64,000 nt of DNA from assembly GCF_009914755.1 (NCBI RefSeq), contig NC_060947.1. The stretch is one strand, 5' to 3'. Under the pieces are notes generated by a model. That model ran no database searches. It was given only the letters and a program-made list of their open reading frames with translations, and had not been told where the DNA came from. Below, in pieces: positions 15,062-27,960 of the stretch (its first letter is position 1; the number at the start of each line of letters is the position of its first letter). The stretch is from the human T2T-CHM13v2.0 reference genome, Homo sapiens. The translations under genes were made by a program, and so were the position numbers.

Positions 15062-16063
15062 CAGGCAATGAGGAGAGAGGGAACCAACAGTCGGCCCCAG
15101 AAGTCTGGAGTACCCAGCCTACATCCTCCCGAAGCTCCTGGCCTTCTCTGGTGGAGTCTCCCTCTGCGTAGGAGAGGGCAAAAGGGCTCCAAGCTCCCTC
15201 TGGCTTGGGGAGACAGAGGAGGTGGACTGGGCCTAGAGCTTCTTTTGTCTGAAATCTGCTTAGGCCTCCAGAAATACTGGACTGATGGAGAGAGTAGGAG
15301 AGAGGAGGAGGCTCGGTGGGGGAGGAGGAAGCAGAAGATGCTCAGCTCTCTGATGAAGCGTCACCTCTAAGCAGGCTCCAACCCAGACTTTTCCCCAATC
15401 CAGCAGGAGGTAGCAGCGAAAAAGAGCTGAGAGCAGGCCCAGCAACATGGATCTGCAGCATCAAGGGTAGGGCCCTGCTGGTCTTCAGCCCCTCTAGCTC
15501 TGCTCTGAAAAAAATCAGAGGCCCTGGGACACCTAGGTGTGGGTGTGGGGTATTTAAGGGGAGGCCCCCCATCCCAAAACAGCTCTATTCAGTCTGTCAT
15601 TTTTATTAGAGTTCCAAATAAGATTTTACCTAGAGAAAATATGCCACCAAAAAATAAAATTTAACAAACCCTGATTTAACCCATCCCTACATTTTACAAA
15701 GGGAGAAACTAAGGCCTAAAAAGGTAAATTAAGGTGGTCCTGGCATCCAGCATAAGGCATTGCACCCACGAACTCCTCAATCAACACTTGTAGGAGGAGC
15801 AATTGAATGCCATGAAATTTTCAGATAAATTTAAAGCATAACTGAATTCACTTTCAATGTATATATGAACACACCACAAGACCTGCCACCTTCTCAAGCT
15901 ATCTAAGTAAGTTATCATACAAGCAACAACAAAGAAACTTAAGAATTTGCTCAAATGTTGGGAATTACCTAAAATCGGAGTGAACTCTCTTAATTGAGGT
16001 GTAAGCAAAGGGATCATTTCTAAAATTGCCTAATTGTCCTTGCCTGCTGTCCAAGCCAGGATG

Positions 16064-16084
16064 TGTATATATATATATATATAT
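16064..16084. repeat. (TA)n microsatellite
   Basis: TGTATATATATATATATATAT. Confidence 0.9.
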
Positions 16085-16764
16085 TCGTGTGTAAATTTTG
16101 GCTAATTTTCATCATGGGTTTAACATTAGCTTGGCTGATGTTTGACATGAAGAAGCCAAAAAGGAAAAGCTTTCTCTTGCTTTGAGGTTGAAATGTGAAA
16201 GATGTAATCCTGAACACAAAGACATATTCACACCCCAAAAGGGTGGTTTGGTACATGGGGCTCCTCATTGTCACTGAACCGAGGCAAGGGTTCCAGTACT
16301 CCAGTTCCTTTCTCAGCCCTCCATGGATCATCATGCACCACAGAATAACTTGTGGATGCACACTGGCATGATTTTTTCATCATCCTCATGTAGATTATCC
16401 CCAGGAGGGGTTTAATTCTGGGCTACTTTCTCTAACCAACTGTTGATGGACTATCAGGAAAGTAATGTAATGTTAGGAGGGGCTTGAGTAGGACTTAATG
16501 ATCAAGAGAAGCCATCTACCAAAATGGGATCGTGCATACAAAAAGCAAAGAGAAATAGTTGGTGGGCTAGGCCCTGGTTTGACTTATCCATGCTGCTGAT
16601 TTGCTCCACCCTCACAGCCCACTTCCCTATACCCCCAGTATGGCTAAGTAGAAAGAGCTTTCTGCCACTGACTCTCACTAAACATGACTTCATGCAAGCC
16701 ACTTTTTTCTCTGAGCCTCAGTTTCTTCATCTGCAAAAAGGGGGTTGAAAGTGAGCTATAGATC

Positions 16765-17745
16765 AAGAAAAGTGAACAAATAATCCACAGAATGGGTGAA
16801 AATATTTGCCAATCATATATCTAATAAGGGTTTAGTGTTCAGAATGTATAAAGGACTCTTACAACCCAAGAATAAAAAGACAACCCAAATTTTTTTAAAT
16901 GCACAAGAGAAATTTGGACAAATAATTTCTCCAAAGAAGATATGCAAATTTCCATTAGCACACGAGAAGATGCTCAACATCATAGTCATTAAGGAAATGC
17001 AAGTCAAAACCACAATGAGGTACCACATCACACCCACTACCACGGCTAGGATAAATTTTTTTTAACTCAGAAAATAACAAGTGTGTGTAAGGATGTAGAG
17101 AAATGGGAACCCTCCTGCATTGCTGGTGGAAATATAAAAATGATACAGCCACTGTGGAAAATAATCTGTCATTTCCTCAAAATATTAAACATAGAATGAC
17201 AACACGGCCCAGCAATTTCACTTCTAGGTATATACCCAAGAGAAATGAAAGCACAAGTTCATGCTAAAACTTGTACATGAAGGTTCACAGCAGCATTGTT
17301 CATAATACTCAAAAGGTGGAAATGACCCAAAAGGCCAGCAACTGGTTAATGAATAGACAAAATGCTGTATATCCATACAATGGAATACCACTCAGCATTA
17401 AAAAGGAATGAAGTACTGATCTAGGCTATAACATGGATGAACCTTGAAAACACTATGCTAACTGAAAGAAGCCAGATACAAAAGGGCACGTATTTTATTA
17501 TTCCATTTATATGAAGTGTCCAGAATAGGCAAATCCATTGAGACAGAAAACAGATCAGTGGTTGATATGGGTTGGGGGAAAAGGGGGATGGAGAGTGACT
17601 GCTAATGGATATGGGGTTTCTTTTTAGGGTGATGAAATGCTCTGGAATTAGATAGTAATAATGCTTGCACATACTAAAATCCTGGAATTGTACACTTTAA
17701 AAGGGTGAATTTTATAGTATGTGAATTATATCTCAATCTTTTTTA
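16765..17745 (+). mobile_element. L1MB-type LINE-1 3' fragment
   Basis: Degraded ORF2 C-terminus (KIFANHISNKGL...KEMQVKTTMRYHITP in ORF 16796-17065) followed by an L1MB-like 3'UTR ending GTGAATTATATCTCAAT. Confidence 0.88.
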
Positions 17746-17769
17746 GAAAGAGTGAACTGTAGCAGTAAT

Positions 17770-17897
17770 TTACAAATTTGGCAGAATCGCAACTACTCCA
17801 GAACTACCCCTCCTCCTGGGGATTCTGGGCCTGTAAGTCTGTATCTTTAACATGCCCCTGGGGTGGTTCAGATGCAGCCAGGTTTGGGAACCACTGG
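17770..17897. mobile_element. MER5-type hAT-Charlie relic
   Basis: Ends GATGCAGCCAGGTTTGGGAACCACTG. Confidence 0.65.
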
Positions 17898-19069
17898 ACC
17901 AGCTCTAACATTCTAGGTCCCTGCCTGTGTCTGTAATGAGAGGTACCTGTAAACAGTTGCACACAGCCCCTTTCTCTGTGGGAGCTGGCCCCTCTCAGGT
18001 TCTGCATGCCCTGAAACAACCAGACCTCACACCCCAAGAAGGACCTGTTGCATTAGCCACAGAAACAGACCCCTCTTGTGCTCCTGAGGCTGCAGGGGGT
18101 TTTCCGACCTCTGAGGCAGGTCTGCTGGCGTTGGCCCCCCCGGGTGTGGGGGCCCTTTCACTCCTCCCCCTGCTCCTTCCTCCAGGGTCTCCCTCAGTGG
18201 AGCCTGAGATCCATTGCCCTTTGCTCTGCACCAATGCCAGGCCTACCCAGCAGGCCATGTGGTGGAGGAACTCAAACCCCGCTGGAGGACCTGGCAGGGG
18301 AGGGGGCCACAGGGATGACCCTCAGGTGCCTGGGAAACCTCAGGCCTGGGCCAGCTTGGCTCTGGTGCCTGGACCAGACTCTGAGGACGGAGCTCTTGGA
18401 GAGGAAATCCAGGCCCCATCTTCAGCAGGAGGCGCAAGCAGATGAGTGCTTCTGGTCCCCTTCAGTGTGAATGAGGACAGGAGTGTGTGTACGGGCCTAG
18501 CAAGGCCGTAGGCTCCACTGCAAGCCAAGGTGTTAAGGCCTTACCAAGAACTCCTTATGAGCTTTGCCTTGTCTGAGGCTCAGCTCATACTCTTTCCTCA
18601 CAATCGCTGCAACAATAATAACACCTCCCACTGATTGAGGACTGACTATCTGCTTGGCCCAATGAAGCATGCTTTGAGATATTTCACTTCAATTAATCCT
18701 CACAACTTTTTCAGTAGGAATTACTCTTCTCACTGTACCTGAGGAATGAGGAAGTCAAAACTCATATATTCACTCCATGAATATTTATTGAGCACTTACT
18801 ATGTGTCAGGCCCTCTGCTAGGTGCTGGGAATACGGAAGTGAGTAAAGTCTAGCCCCTCTTAGAGATTACATTTGGTCTTTAAGCAGGAAAGGAGCTTTC
18901 TAGAAAGAGGTTGGGCTGAGATAGCAAGCCAGGTCCACTTGAGTCCACAAGTCCTCCTCCCCCAGGCTGCCCCACCTCTACCACATGTGTAGATCCCCTC
19001 CACACAAAGCTCCCAGAAGCCCTCCCAGGGCTGCCCTGTGGCTGGGTTGGTCCAAGAACGTGAGAGGAG

Positions 19070-19390
19070 CACAGTGCTCCCAAATGTTAGTTGTTCACAT
19101 CCCATCAGCATGATTTTTGCCATAGTCTCACCCCTGTTTCATTATTCAGCTGCTGTTTCTCTTTAAATTGACTCATTTCTGAAAAAAAAGACCTTTCATA
19201 CATACTTACCTTAGTGTCATACTAAGCAATGATATCTATGAAATCATTTGTTAGTGTGCTGGTTGCATTCCTTTCCTAATAAACCTTTAAATGAATTTAT
19301 CACTATCAACATATAAATCTTTATTTATGTGCCACTTAAAATTCCCTCAACACCAGCAATATGAGCACCATACTTTGGGGAAACACTGGG
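19070..19390. mobile_element. hAT-Charlie-type DNA transposon relic
   Basis: Terminal inverted-repeat-like ends CAGTGCTCCCAAA ... TTTGGGGAAACACTG with an AT-rich interior. Confidence 0.55.
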
Positions 19391-20014
19391 ATAGAAAGAA
19401 AATATGACTCCCTTAGCTGCTTGGAGGGGAACTTGCGTGGAGACCACCTTTGTTGGGAAGTGGCTTTGGTAACCCTGCTTTGGGCTAGACCCTGAGCCTC
19501 CAGAGCCCAGAAGTGCCCTGATTGAAGGCTTATTTGTTATTCTAGAGAGGCCAGGAGAGAAGCAAGAGGAAATGCAGTTGACAAGATGCTGGAAGAGCCT
19601 TCATACTGCCAAGTGACCCCCCCCCCCCTTTATAACCCCCACTCCCCCAGTCACCAGTTAGTCATTCTCCTCAAGGAAGGCTTGAGGCAAGTAGTGAAGG
19701 CTGTGGGCCTCTGGGCAGACTGAAGAAGGCAGAACCCCAGGCAGCAAACTGTCTGCATGTACAGAAATCCTGGGGAAGCCTTTGGATTATCTCAAGGTTC
19801 AGGCCAAGCTCACCCATATTTGATAAGGGCAGGGATCCACAGCCACAGTGGCTGCGTGACCCTAGACAATTAACTTCATCACACCTCGGTGTTCCCATTT
19901 TAAAAATGGGGAAATAAGAGGGCTTTCCTTTCAGAGTGGTTATGAGAATTAACAGACAAAATGTGTGAGTGGACTTCTGTAAAGGCCCATCTAAATATTA
20001 TCATTTTATTATAA

Positions 20015-20520
20015 TTACTATTCAACAAATTCAATAAACATGCTTTGGCTCCTTTGGTGCACAAGGCAGCATTCCAGGCACTTAGGCACGAGGGAGGAAA
20101 AGCGACGGGTGTGGAGGGGTACACAGAGATGAGTACAATGCAGTCCCTGCTGTCTACAAGCGGAAGCAGACAGACAAACAATTTGGGTTGAACCATATGA
20201 AATTGCCAACATTCATCCATTTTTGGCCCACAAACCAGTACTACTTTTGACATCAGGCAAAGTGAAATAAACACAAAATAGAAACCAAGGAGGGAATGAT
20301 TTTCTCTAGCTGGAAAAAGGAGGGAAGGTTTCCCTTGAGGAAGTGAGATTTGACTGAATCCTGAAGGATGGGTTGGACTCCAATAGGCTGGAAACCAGTG
20401 AGAAAACCCTTGCAGCCTAGGAGGAAGGGAGAGCATAGACAAAGGCATGGAGGCGGAGTCGTGCAGAGCTTGTTTGGGAAATGGGGATGGACCGTGTTGC
20501 TAAAGGCATAAGGTACCTGG
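20015..20520 (-). mobile_element. L2 LINE 3' fragment
   Basis: ATTCAACAAATTCAATAAACA 3' end; GAAGTGAGATTTGACTGAATCCTGAAGGATG; GCATAGACAAAGGCATGGAGG. Confidence 0.6.
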
Positions 20521-23064
20521 GGGAATGCACTGCAGAGGAGCCCAGAGAGCCGAGCGGGACCCATTGTTGGGGGTCTTAGCTGCTGACCTTGTCTTCCCTT
20601 GGGACTTGGTGGCTGTCCATCAGCAAACAGGGGATGCCATCATTCCTGCGTGCTTATTTGGGCAAGTGACCCAAAGTGGGTCGGCAGCCTTTCTATGTTA
20701 CCACAAAAGGCTGAAATGGTAGTCAGCCAAAAGAAAGAACTTTCTGGAAGTGAACTATAAGAACCTATTCTAGAATGACCAAGGAAGGCTGAGGATTCCC
20801 TTCACCTGGAGACCTTGAAAAGCAGAAGAGATTCTCATCTGTCTGGTTCCAGAACAATTCTGCCCAGAGGCAGGGGGCTGGACCAGATGACCTATTTGGG
20901 TTCTTTCCAGTCTGCTGCCTTGATGATCTCATCTTTCCCTCTTCCTCTGGATGAGGCTTCTTCACCCCAGCTTAGACTCATGGGGATTACTCCTGTTGCT
21001 AGAGATCTCCCAGGTCCCCAAAGCCACAGTTCTTCCAGTTGGTGATTCACAGCTTTGTCAGCAAGATCATCCCAAACATCTAGCCTCCCTCATCCTTGCT
21101 GTCAACTTGAGTAAGCTCAGCCTTTCTCCTCCTAGCTTCCCTTGGAGGTAAGAAAAAGCAGGCTATTAGCCTTGTATAGCCAAGACCCTTCCTGTTCAGT
21201 CTTATCATTAGCCTTCCTCTCACCTTTGAAGAGATAGGGAGGACCTCCCACATGCAATAGATTTTAGAGTCAAAAGGCCTGGGTTTGAATTGAGACTGGC
21301 TGTATGACCTTGGGCAAGTCGTTTAAGGGCACTTACTGTGTGCTAAGTGACAACTTGTTGAATAAATCCAGTTGTATGCATTATCCCCATTTTATGGGCA
21401 AGGAAACTGAGTGAGCCTCCAAGAGGTTAAGTCTCTTGCTCACTGTCACCCAGCTAGTAAGTGGTAGAGTTAGGACTGGAACTCAGATCTGACAGATTCC
21501 AAAGGCTGTGCCATCTCCACTCTGTTGTGTTACCTCTTGCTTCACTAACTCAACCTCAGTTTCTGCCATCTGTAAATTGGGGCTAATATGCTCTGCCCCA
21601 CAGCTATTGGGACGATTTAAAAACAAATATACTGTGTGTGAAAGTGATGTATAAGTCAAAAAGTGCTGAGCAGACACTAGATAATTATACCTTCTGAAGC
21701 CCTGGTCAATTCTCTGGGCTTCTGCCCACACCTTTGGGAAGCAGTTTCTGAGGGCAGCAGGCAAAGTGAACCTCTCCCTTCCTTCGTACGGACCTCTTTT
21801 CCATCACAGCTGTTATCGCACTGGGCTGTCATTCTTTCCTTAGCATGCTGGCCTCCCTAATTCAACTGTGAGCATCTCCAGGGCCCAGTGCTTGCCACAT
21901 AGTAGCACCCAAGGAGTGTGGCATGAATGAATAAATAATGTAGCAACTTTCCTCCACAAACCTGCTCCTTCTCTGTCAGAGTTCCTGCCATACTCCGTTC
22001 TCTGTCGATGGTCCAGACTCCTGTCCTCCCTCCCTAGACTAGAGCCCAGCTTTCTGACTGAGCTGCCTACTGCTAGCCTCCTGCCTACCAATCCTGTGGT
22101 CACACGCTAACCTCAGCCAGCTGGCATTCAGTCCTCAGCATCTGGCCCCAGCCCCATTCTCTTTGAGACCTTCCCACCCACTCTACTGCCTTCACACTGC
22201 CAGGGTACTGACCAAATGGCCAGCCTCAGTTTCTCAAACATGCTGGACATTTCCCTACTTCTCTGCCTCAGCACTCCCTCTACAGGAGTGTCCTTCTCAT
22301 CCAATGCCCTCTTGTCAACGTGCATGTTCTGGCTTCTTTGTGAAGCTTTCCCTAACCATCCACCCCCTCCAAAGCTCAAGGTGATCTCATTTTCCCATGA
22401 ATCTCCATTGTGCAGGGCAGATGCCCTTTAGAGGGCTCCTTCATATCTTCTATCTTCTCAGGTGTCATTTGCATCCTGCTCTGTGACCTTGGGCATGCTC
22501 CTACTCCTGTTCTGGGCTTCAGTCTCCAATCTGTACAGATGCGTCCAGTGACTCTTGCAACCCTGCCACCCTGTGATCTGGCTCCTTTGGGGGTCTGGGA
22601 GAACAAGACACCGAAGAGGAAGAGCTCCAAGTAGGCTGGCCCCAAGTGGGGCTTTCGACTCTTGACAGCACATGCTCAGCTCCCATTCCTGAAAATCAGC
22701 TTCTCAGATATTACATGCTAGTTGGCTTGCTTAATAAAGGGATAAATAAATATCTACTTAACATGATTACTGTCAGAGGCCTGAGCTCCAGAGCCTTTCC
22801 ATCATTGGGGTTTTATTGCCAGAGAAGCTAATTAGCTCTAATTAGGCAACTCCCAGGTGCTTAAGACAGGGGGATTGGGGGAGAGGAGGGGATGGGGGAG
22901 TGGAAGGCAGGTGGAGAAGGGGAAGGAAAGGTGCTTGTTTCCTTATTCACCTCTCTCAGCTGCTAACCTCCCATGACTGGGCTTGGGACACCTCAGGAAC
23001 CTCAAGCTTAGTGACATCTCAGGTACCTGGTTCTTAACTCCTCACCCATCTTGGATGAAGGGAG

Positions 23065-23290
23065 GAAGACTCTTGAGAACCTACTATGTCCAGGTGGTGC
23101 ATTAAGTATGTTCTCTGCATGACCTCATTTGATCTTCACAATAACCTTCCGAGGTAGGAAGTATTCATTGCCCATTTCATAGATGAGGAAAAGGAGATGC
23201 ACAGAAGTTAAGCTCTTTGTCTGGGTTCACACCACCAGGAAGCAGAGGAGCTGGACCTGGATCTGATTCCAAGGCCAGGGCTGCTGTCTT
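23065..23290 (-). mobile_element. MIR SINE
   Basis: CTCATTTGATCTTCACAATAACC...CCCATTTCATAGATGAGGAAA. Confidence 0.75.
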
Positions 23291-23789
23291 TGGCTACTGC
23301 TGCCCCTAACAGGAAGTTTGTACTGCTTAGAGAGGGGCTTTTGGATAGTCAGTGGCTTGCCTTTGCTGTGGTGCAGCTTTTCCAGGATGGGCCCAACTGG
23401 GCACAGCCAGAGCTTGCACAGTACCTGAGTTGGTCATGTTTAGATTCAGGGACTCCTCCCCCATGAGTCAAAGCTCTGGGCTGGAAATCCTGGATGACTC
23501 AGACTCCTGCCCTCAGGGAGCTCATGTTCCAGTGGAGGTCTATGGTCATTGGAATAGCAAGTCATTGAAGTACAAAACCTATATAAAGAAATACATCTGT
23601 ATTCCATCATGACATTACTCTGCTCAGACATTTTTCCTAGGTTTTGAGGCCCTAAATCAGCAAATTTGGATTTCCATGAGACTGCCTGGGGTATGGGAAG
23701 GAGTGTAAACTGTGGAGTCTCAATCTGAATCTAGGTTCTGTCATTTATTAGGTGTATGATCTTGGCCATGTCCCTCTTTATCTCTGTCT

Positions 23790-24470
23790 GCCATTACTCC
23801 CACCATTCTGGACCTAGCATCCCAACTCTTACCTGGAAACCCAGTTTCTTAACTGGCTTCCCTGTCTGCTTCCTGCTTCTCTGTAATCCAGTCTTCGCAC
23901 TGTAGCCAGAATCAGCTGGATAAACATGAGACAGCTCATGCGATAGCCCTCTCTAAGTCCTTCAAAGTCCTCACCATGGCCTGCAAAGCTGCATAATTGA
24001 ACCCCTGTCTATCCTGTCTACCTCCCTGGCCTCCTTTCAGTCCACACTCTGTCACCAAACTCCACCATGTTGGTCTCAATGTTGTTTGAAACAAACTGAC
24101 CTCCTTTCTACCTCAGGGCCTTTTTTCTTGCTGTTCCTGCCACTTCAATGTTCTCACCCCAGCCACATGTGCATTGTTGGCTTCTTCTCATTCTGAAATG
24201 TCACCTCCTCAGAGACATAACAGCAATATCACTTTTGTTCTGTATTCAGCACTTCTTTTGTCTCCTTCCAAACATGACCATTGGTCATTATTTTTTATTC
24301 CTTAAAAAAAAATGTGTTTATTGTCTGTTTCCTTCTACTCAAGTGAGGATAATGACTTTCTTTTCATCACCACTGTGCCACAGATAGTGTGCAGCACATA
24401 GTAGGTGCTGTGCTCAATATGGATGTGTTAGATAGACAGATGGATAGGTTGACGGTTGGAGTAGTGAATG
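23790..24470 (+). mobile_element. L2 LINE 3' fragment
   Basis: CTACCTCAGGGCCTTTTTTCTTGCTGTTCC ... AAATGTCACCTCCTCAGAGA ... GCACATAGTAGGTGCT. Confidence 0.7.
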
Positions 24471-24713
24471 AATCAACACTTCTTAAAGCTGTCATGAGGA
24501 TTAAATGAGATAATGAGTGTTAAATGTCTGGCACAGAGCCCAGCAAAGAACATAGCTCAATAGCTAATAGTTGAATCTGCGTGTGACCTGCTGCCAGACA
24601 CCCAACTGCTTCCTGAGCCGGCCTCACCCTAGCCAACTAGTTCATCCCAACACTCTGCTCCCTTCAAGGCCCAGCTCCTACTGCCCTAGAAACAACCAAT
24701 TCTTATCTGTAGG

Positions 24714-24898
24714 CAGTGGTGTGCTGGAGTTGAGAGCTGGTTATTAAATATTCAAGAACTTTACATGCAGCTTGTTAAGCTATTGGTAGCTTAAGAGTGG
24801 CCATGGTGGTAGTATTTATATCACAGAAATTGGAAGATAGTACAAGTTTGTACTATTTGCCACCTGCAAAGAGCCAGTTTCCCGGTACACCACCACTA
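24714..24898. mobile_element. MER63-like hAT DNA transposon relic
   Basis: TIR-like ends CAGTGGTGTGCTGG ... CCGGTACACCACCACT; internal GGCCATGGTGGTAGTATTTATATCACAGAAATTGG. Confidence 0.7.
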
Positions 24899-25507
24899 GG
24901 CTTCACCTCTGCTGTCTCCCCACCCTAGCAAAGTACCCTACCCCATGTTCTCTGCCTGCATCCAGCCTGCCAGCCTTCAAGGTCCAGATCTAGCACTGAG
25001 TCCCCCAGAAAGCTGTGTAGCCCTCTCTGATCTCACTCCAGCTGATAGCCTCAGTGTGACCAGGCTAGAGTACCTAAGCCAGCATTTCTATGTATTGACT
25101 TTTGTCATCTTTTTCTTCAAGTAAACATGAGAATCTAGTCCCCAAAGTTCTTTTAAAACTGTGAAAGTAGCAGCATGGTCTATATATTTTTTCTTCTCTT
25201 CTTCCATGGTGCCTAGCACAGGACTGGGAACTGTAGAGGTATTCTGTAAAGACTCACAGCAGCAACTTGGTAGAGTGACAGGAATCTAGGACAGGGAAAC
25301 AGGAGCTTTGCATTTTGGCTCAACTCAACCACTGACTTGCAGAGGGACCTGAGGCCAGTCCCTTTCCCTTTCTGGGCCTCAGTTGACCCATCTAAACTGA
25401 TATTGATGATTTCAAAACTTCCTTCAAATTTCAGGCTACAAAGGGTTTATTCATTGACTGATATGCTAAAAAGTGTTTATTATTTTTATGGGAGAAGTCA
25501 GGTATTT

Positions 25508-25824
25508 TCTTTCCTTTCTTTCTTTTTTTTTTTTTTTTTTTTTTTAGATGGAGTCTCGCTCTGTCTCCCAGGCTAGAGTGCAGTGGCGCAATCTCAGCTC
25601 ACTGCAAACTGCCTCCCGTGTTCAAGTGATTCTCCTGCCTCAGCCTCCTGAGTAGCTGAGACTACATGCATGCGCCACCACACCCAGCTAATTTTTGTAT
25701 TTTTAGTAGAGACGGGGTTTCACCACGTTGGCCAGGCCGGTCTCGAACTCCTGACCTCAGGAGATCCGGGGACCTCAGACTTCCAAAGTGCTGGGATTAC
25801 AGGTGTGAGCCACTGTGCCTAGCC
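25508..25824 (-). mobile_element. AluS-like element
   Basis: Poly-T, reverse dimer, TSD AGGTATTTTC on both sides. Confidence 0.95.
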
Positions 25825-25939
25825 AAGGTATTTTCAAAGAAAGTGGCCTCTCTCCCACCCCATCCACCACAATAGAAGACTTGGAAGGGCCGTTAAAGAA
25901 GCTTAAACCCACCCATGACCTCTGTTCTGCAGATAATGA

Positions 25940-26195
25940 TAGCTAGGATTTACTAAGCATTTATTATGTGCCAGGTACTACTCTAAATACCTTATTTACG
26001 TGGACTAACTAATTTAGCCTCCATAACAACAATGCTAAAATGTAGATACTATTAACAGTATCATTTTACAGATGAGGAAACTAAGGATCAAAGAAGTGAA
26101 ACAACTTGCTGGAGTCACACAGTGAGGAAGTAGGCTTGAACTAGGCAGCCTGATCCTAAGCCCCACACACCTAACCACTATGCTGTACTACCTTT
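25940..26195 (-). mobile_element. MIR SINE
   Basis: CATTTTACAGATGAGGAAACTAAGG core. Confidence 0.8.
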
Positions 26196-26654
26196 TACAG
26201 TTTCTCAGAGGAAGTGGCTGCCTCTCAGAGGCCCAGAGGCCCCCAGGCAGACAGCTAGCTTTCCCACCATGCTTCAATAGGTCCCAATGTAGCCTGAGCT
26301 TTACCAATAGGCCTTAGAGGAAACAGCATATATTGGTTTCTCCATGTCCTAGCTATATGACCTTGGGCAAGCCCCTCTGCCTCTCTGAGCCTCAGTTGTC
26401 TCATCTATTTCATGCTGGGGTCTGTAAGGATTGAGAGAAGAAGGAGATCAGCATGTACTGAATGCCTACGTGTGTCCAGGCACATTGCTTTAAATTACCT
26501 CCTCTGATTCTCCTGGAAGCCTAGAGGGAAAAATGATTTCTCTTGTTTTATAGAAGTGGAAACACTCTCAGAAAGGCTTATAACTTTCTTAAAGCCACAC
26601 AGTCAGGAGGGTCAGAAATGGGATTCAAACCCCTAGACTTCATGCTCTTTTTGT

Positions 26655-27960
26655 TCAAACAAACATTTTATCTTAGAACAGCTTAAGATTTATTTAAAAG
26701 AAAAAAAAAGAGAATACAGAGTTCCCACATACCCCGTACCCAGTTTCCTCTGTTCTTAGCATCTTCCACTAGGATGATATATTTGTCACAATTAATGAGC
26801 CAATATTGATACATTGTTATTATTAAAGTCAGATTTTCTTCATTTTTACTTATTTTTTTTTCTGTCCTAAGATACCAAATTACATATAGTCATCATGTCT
26901 CCTTAGTCTCCTCTTGGCTGTGACAGTTTCTCAGACTTTCCTTGTTTTTGATGATCTGGACAATTTTGGGGGAGTACCAGTCAGGTATTTTAGAACATCC
27001 TTCAACTGGGATTTGTCTGATGTTTTTCTCATGATCAGACTGGGGTTATGGGTTTTAGAGAGGAAGACCACAGAGGTGAAGTGTCATTCTCATCCCATCA
27101 TATCAAGGGTACTTATGATCAATATGACTTATCACTGTTGTTGACCTTGATCACCTGGAAGAGGTAGTGTTTGACAGGTTTCTCCACTGTAAAATTACTC
27201 TTTGTTTTTCTTCTTTCCATATTGTACTCTTTGGAGGGAAGTCACACATATGTGCAGCCCACTCTTAAGGAATGCAGAATGGGAAGATATGCTCCTTCTC
27301 CTTGTGGGAGCAGGATCTACATAAATTATTTGTAATTCTTCTACACGGGAGATTCACCCCTTCTCCTCCATGTATTTATTTATTTGATCATTTCTTTATA
27401 TCACTATAGACTCATGGATATTTGTTTTATACTTTGGGTTATAATCCAATTCTACATTATTTATTTTGTTGCTCAAATTGTTCCAGTTTTGGCCATTGGA
27501 AGCTCTTTTAGCTGGCTCCTATATCCCTTTGACATAATCCCACCATTGTGGGTTTTATTTTTTTAGTATAATAATTCTTTTCTAGTGCTACAAGATGCTC
27601 CAGGCTCATCTTGTATATTTTCTGTTATCTGGAATCAACCACTTTTGTGAGGAGCTCTGGTTCCTTTTATTGGAGAATGGTATTAGAAACCAAGATCTGG
27701 GCACTGGGTGTGCTTGTTGCTACTGGGCCCTCATGGCTAAGAGAATAAGGAGATGTATGTGTATATACTAACTAGCATATATAAACATATCTACAAATAT
27801 TTCTCTGCATAACCATCTGTACCTATATTAAGCTAAACATGAGTTCATACTGATGTCTCCCACTGTAATGCATCGCCACATGGATCATTCCAGCCTTCTC
27901 TCTTGCTTATCTGTACACTCTCACTCCGACAGTGAGCAGCCTGGCTTCCACCATCCGCCA
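26655..27960 (-). mobile_element. L1MC-type LINE-1 3'UTR fragment
   Basis: AATACAGAGTTCCCACATACCC, GGAAGACCACAGAGGTGAAGTG, GAGTTCATACTGATGTCTCC match recalled reverse L1MC 3'UTR. Confidence 0.8.

Noticed and set aside
17927-18445. 172-aa Pro/Gly-rich ORF (similar ones at 12886-13263 and 29621-30091)
   Set aside because: Expected in GC-rich DNA; overlapping ORFs in several frames, no homology or exon structure recognised
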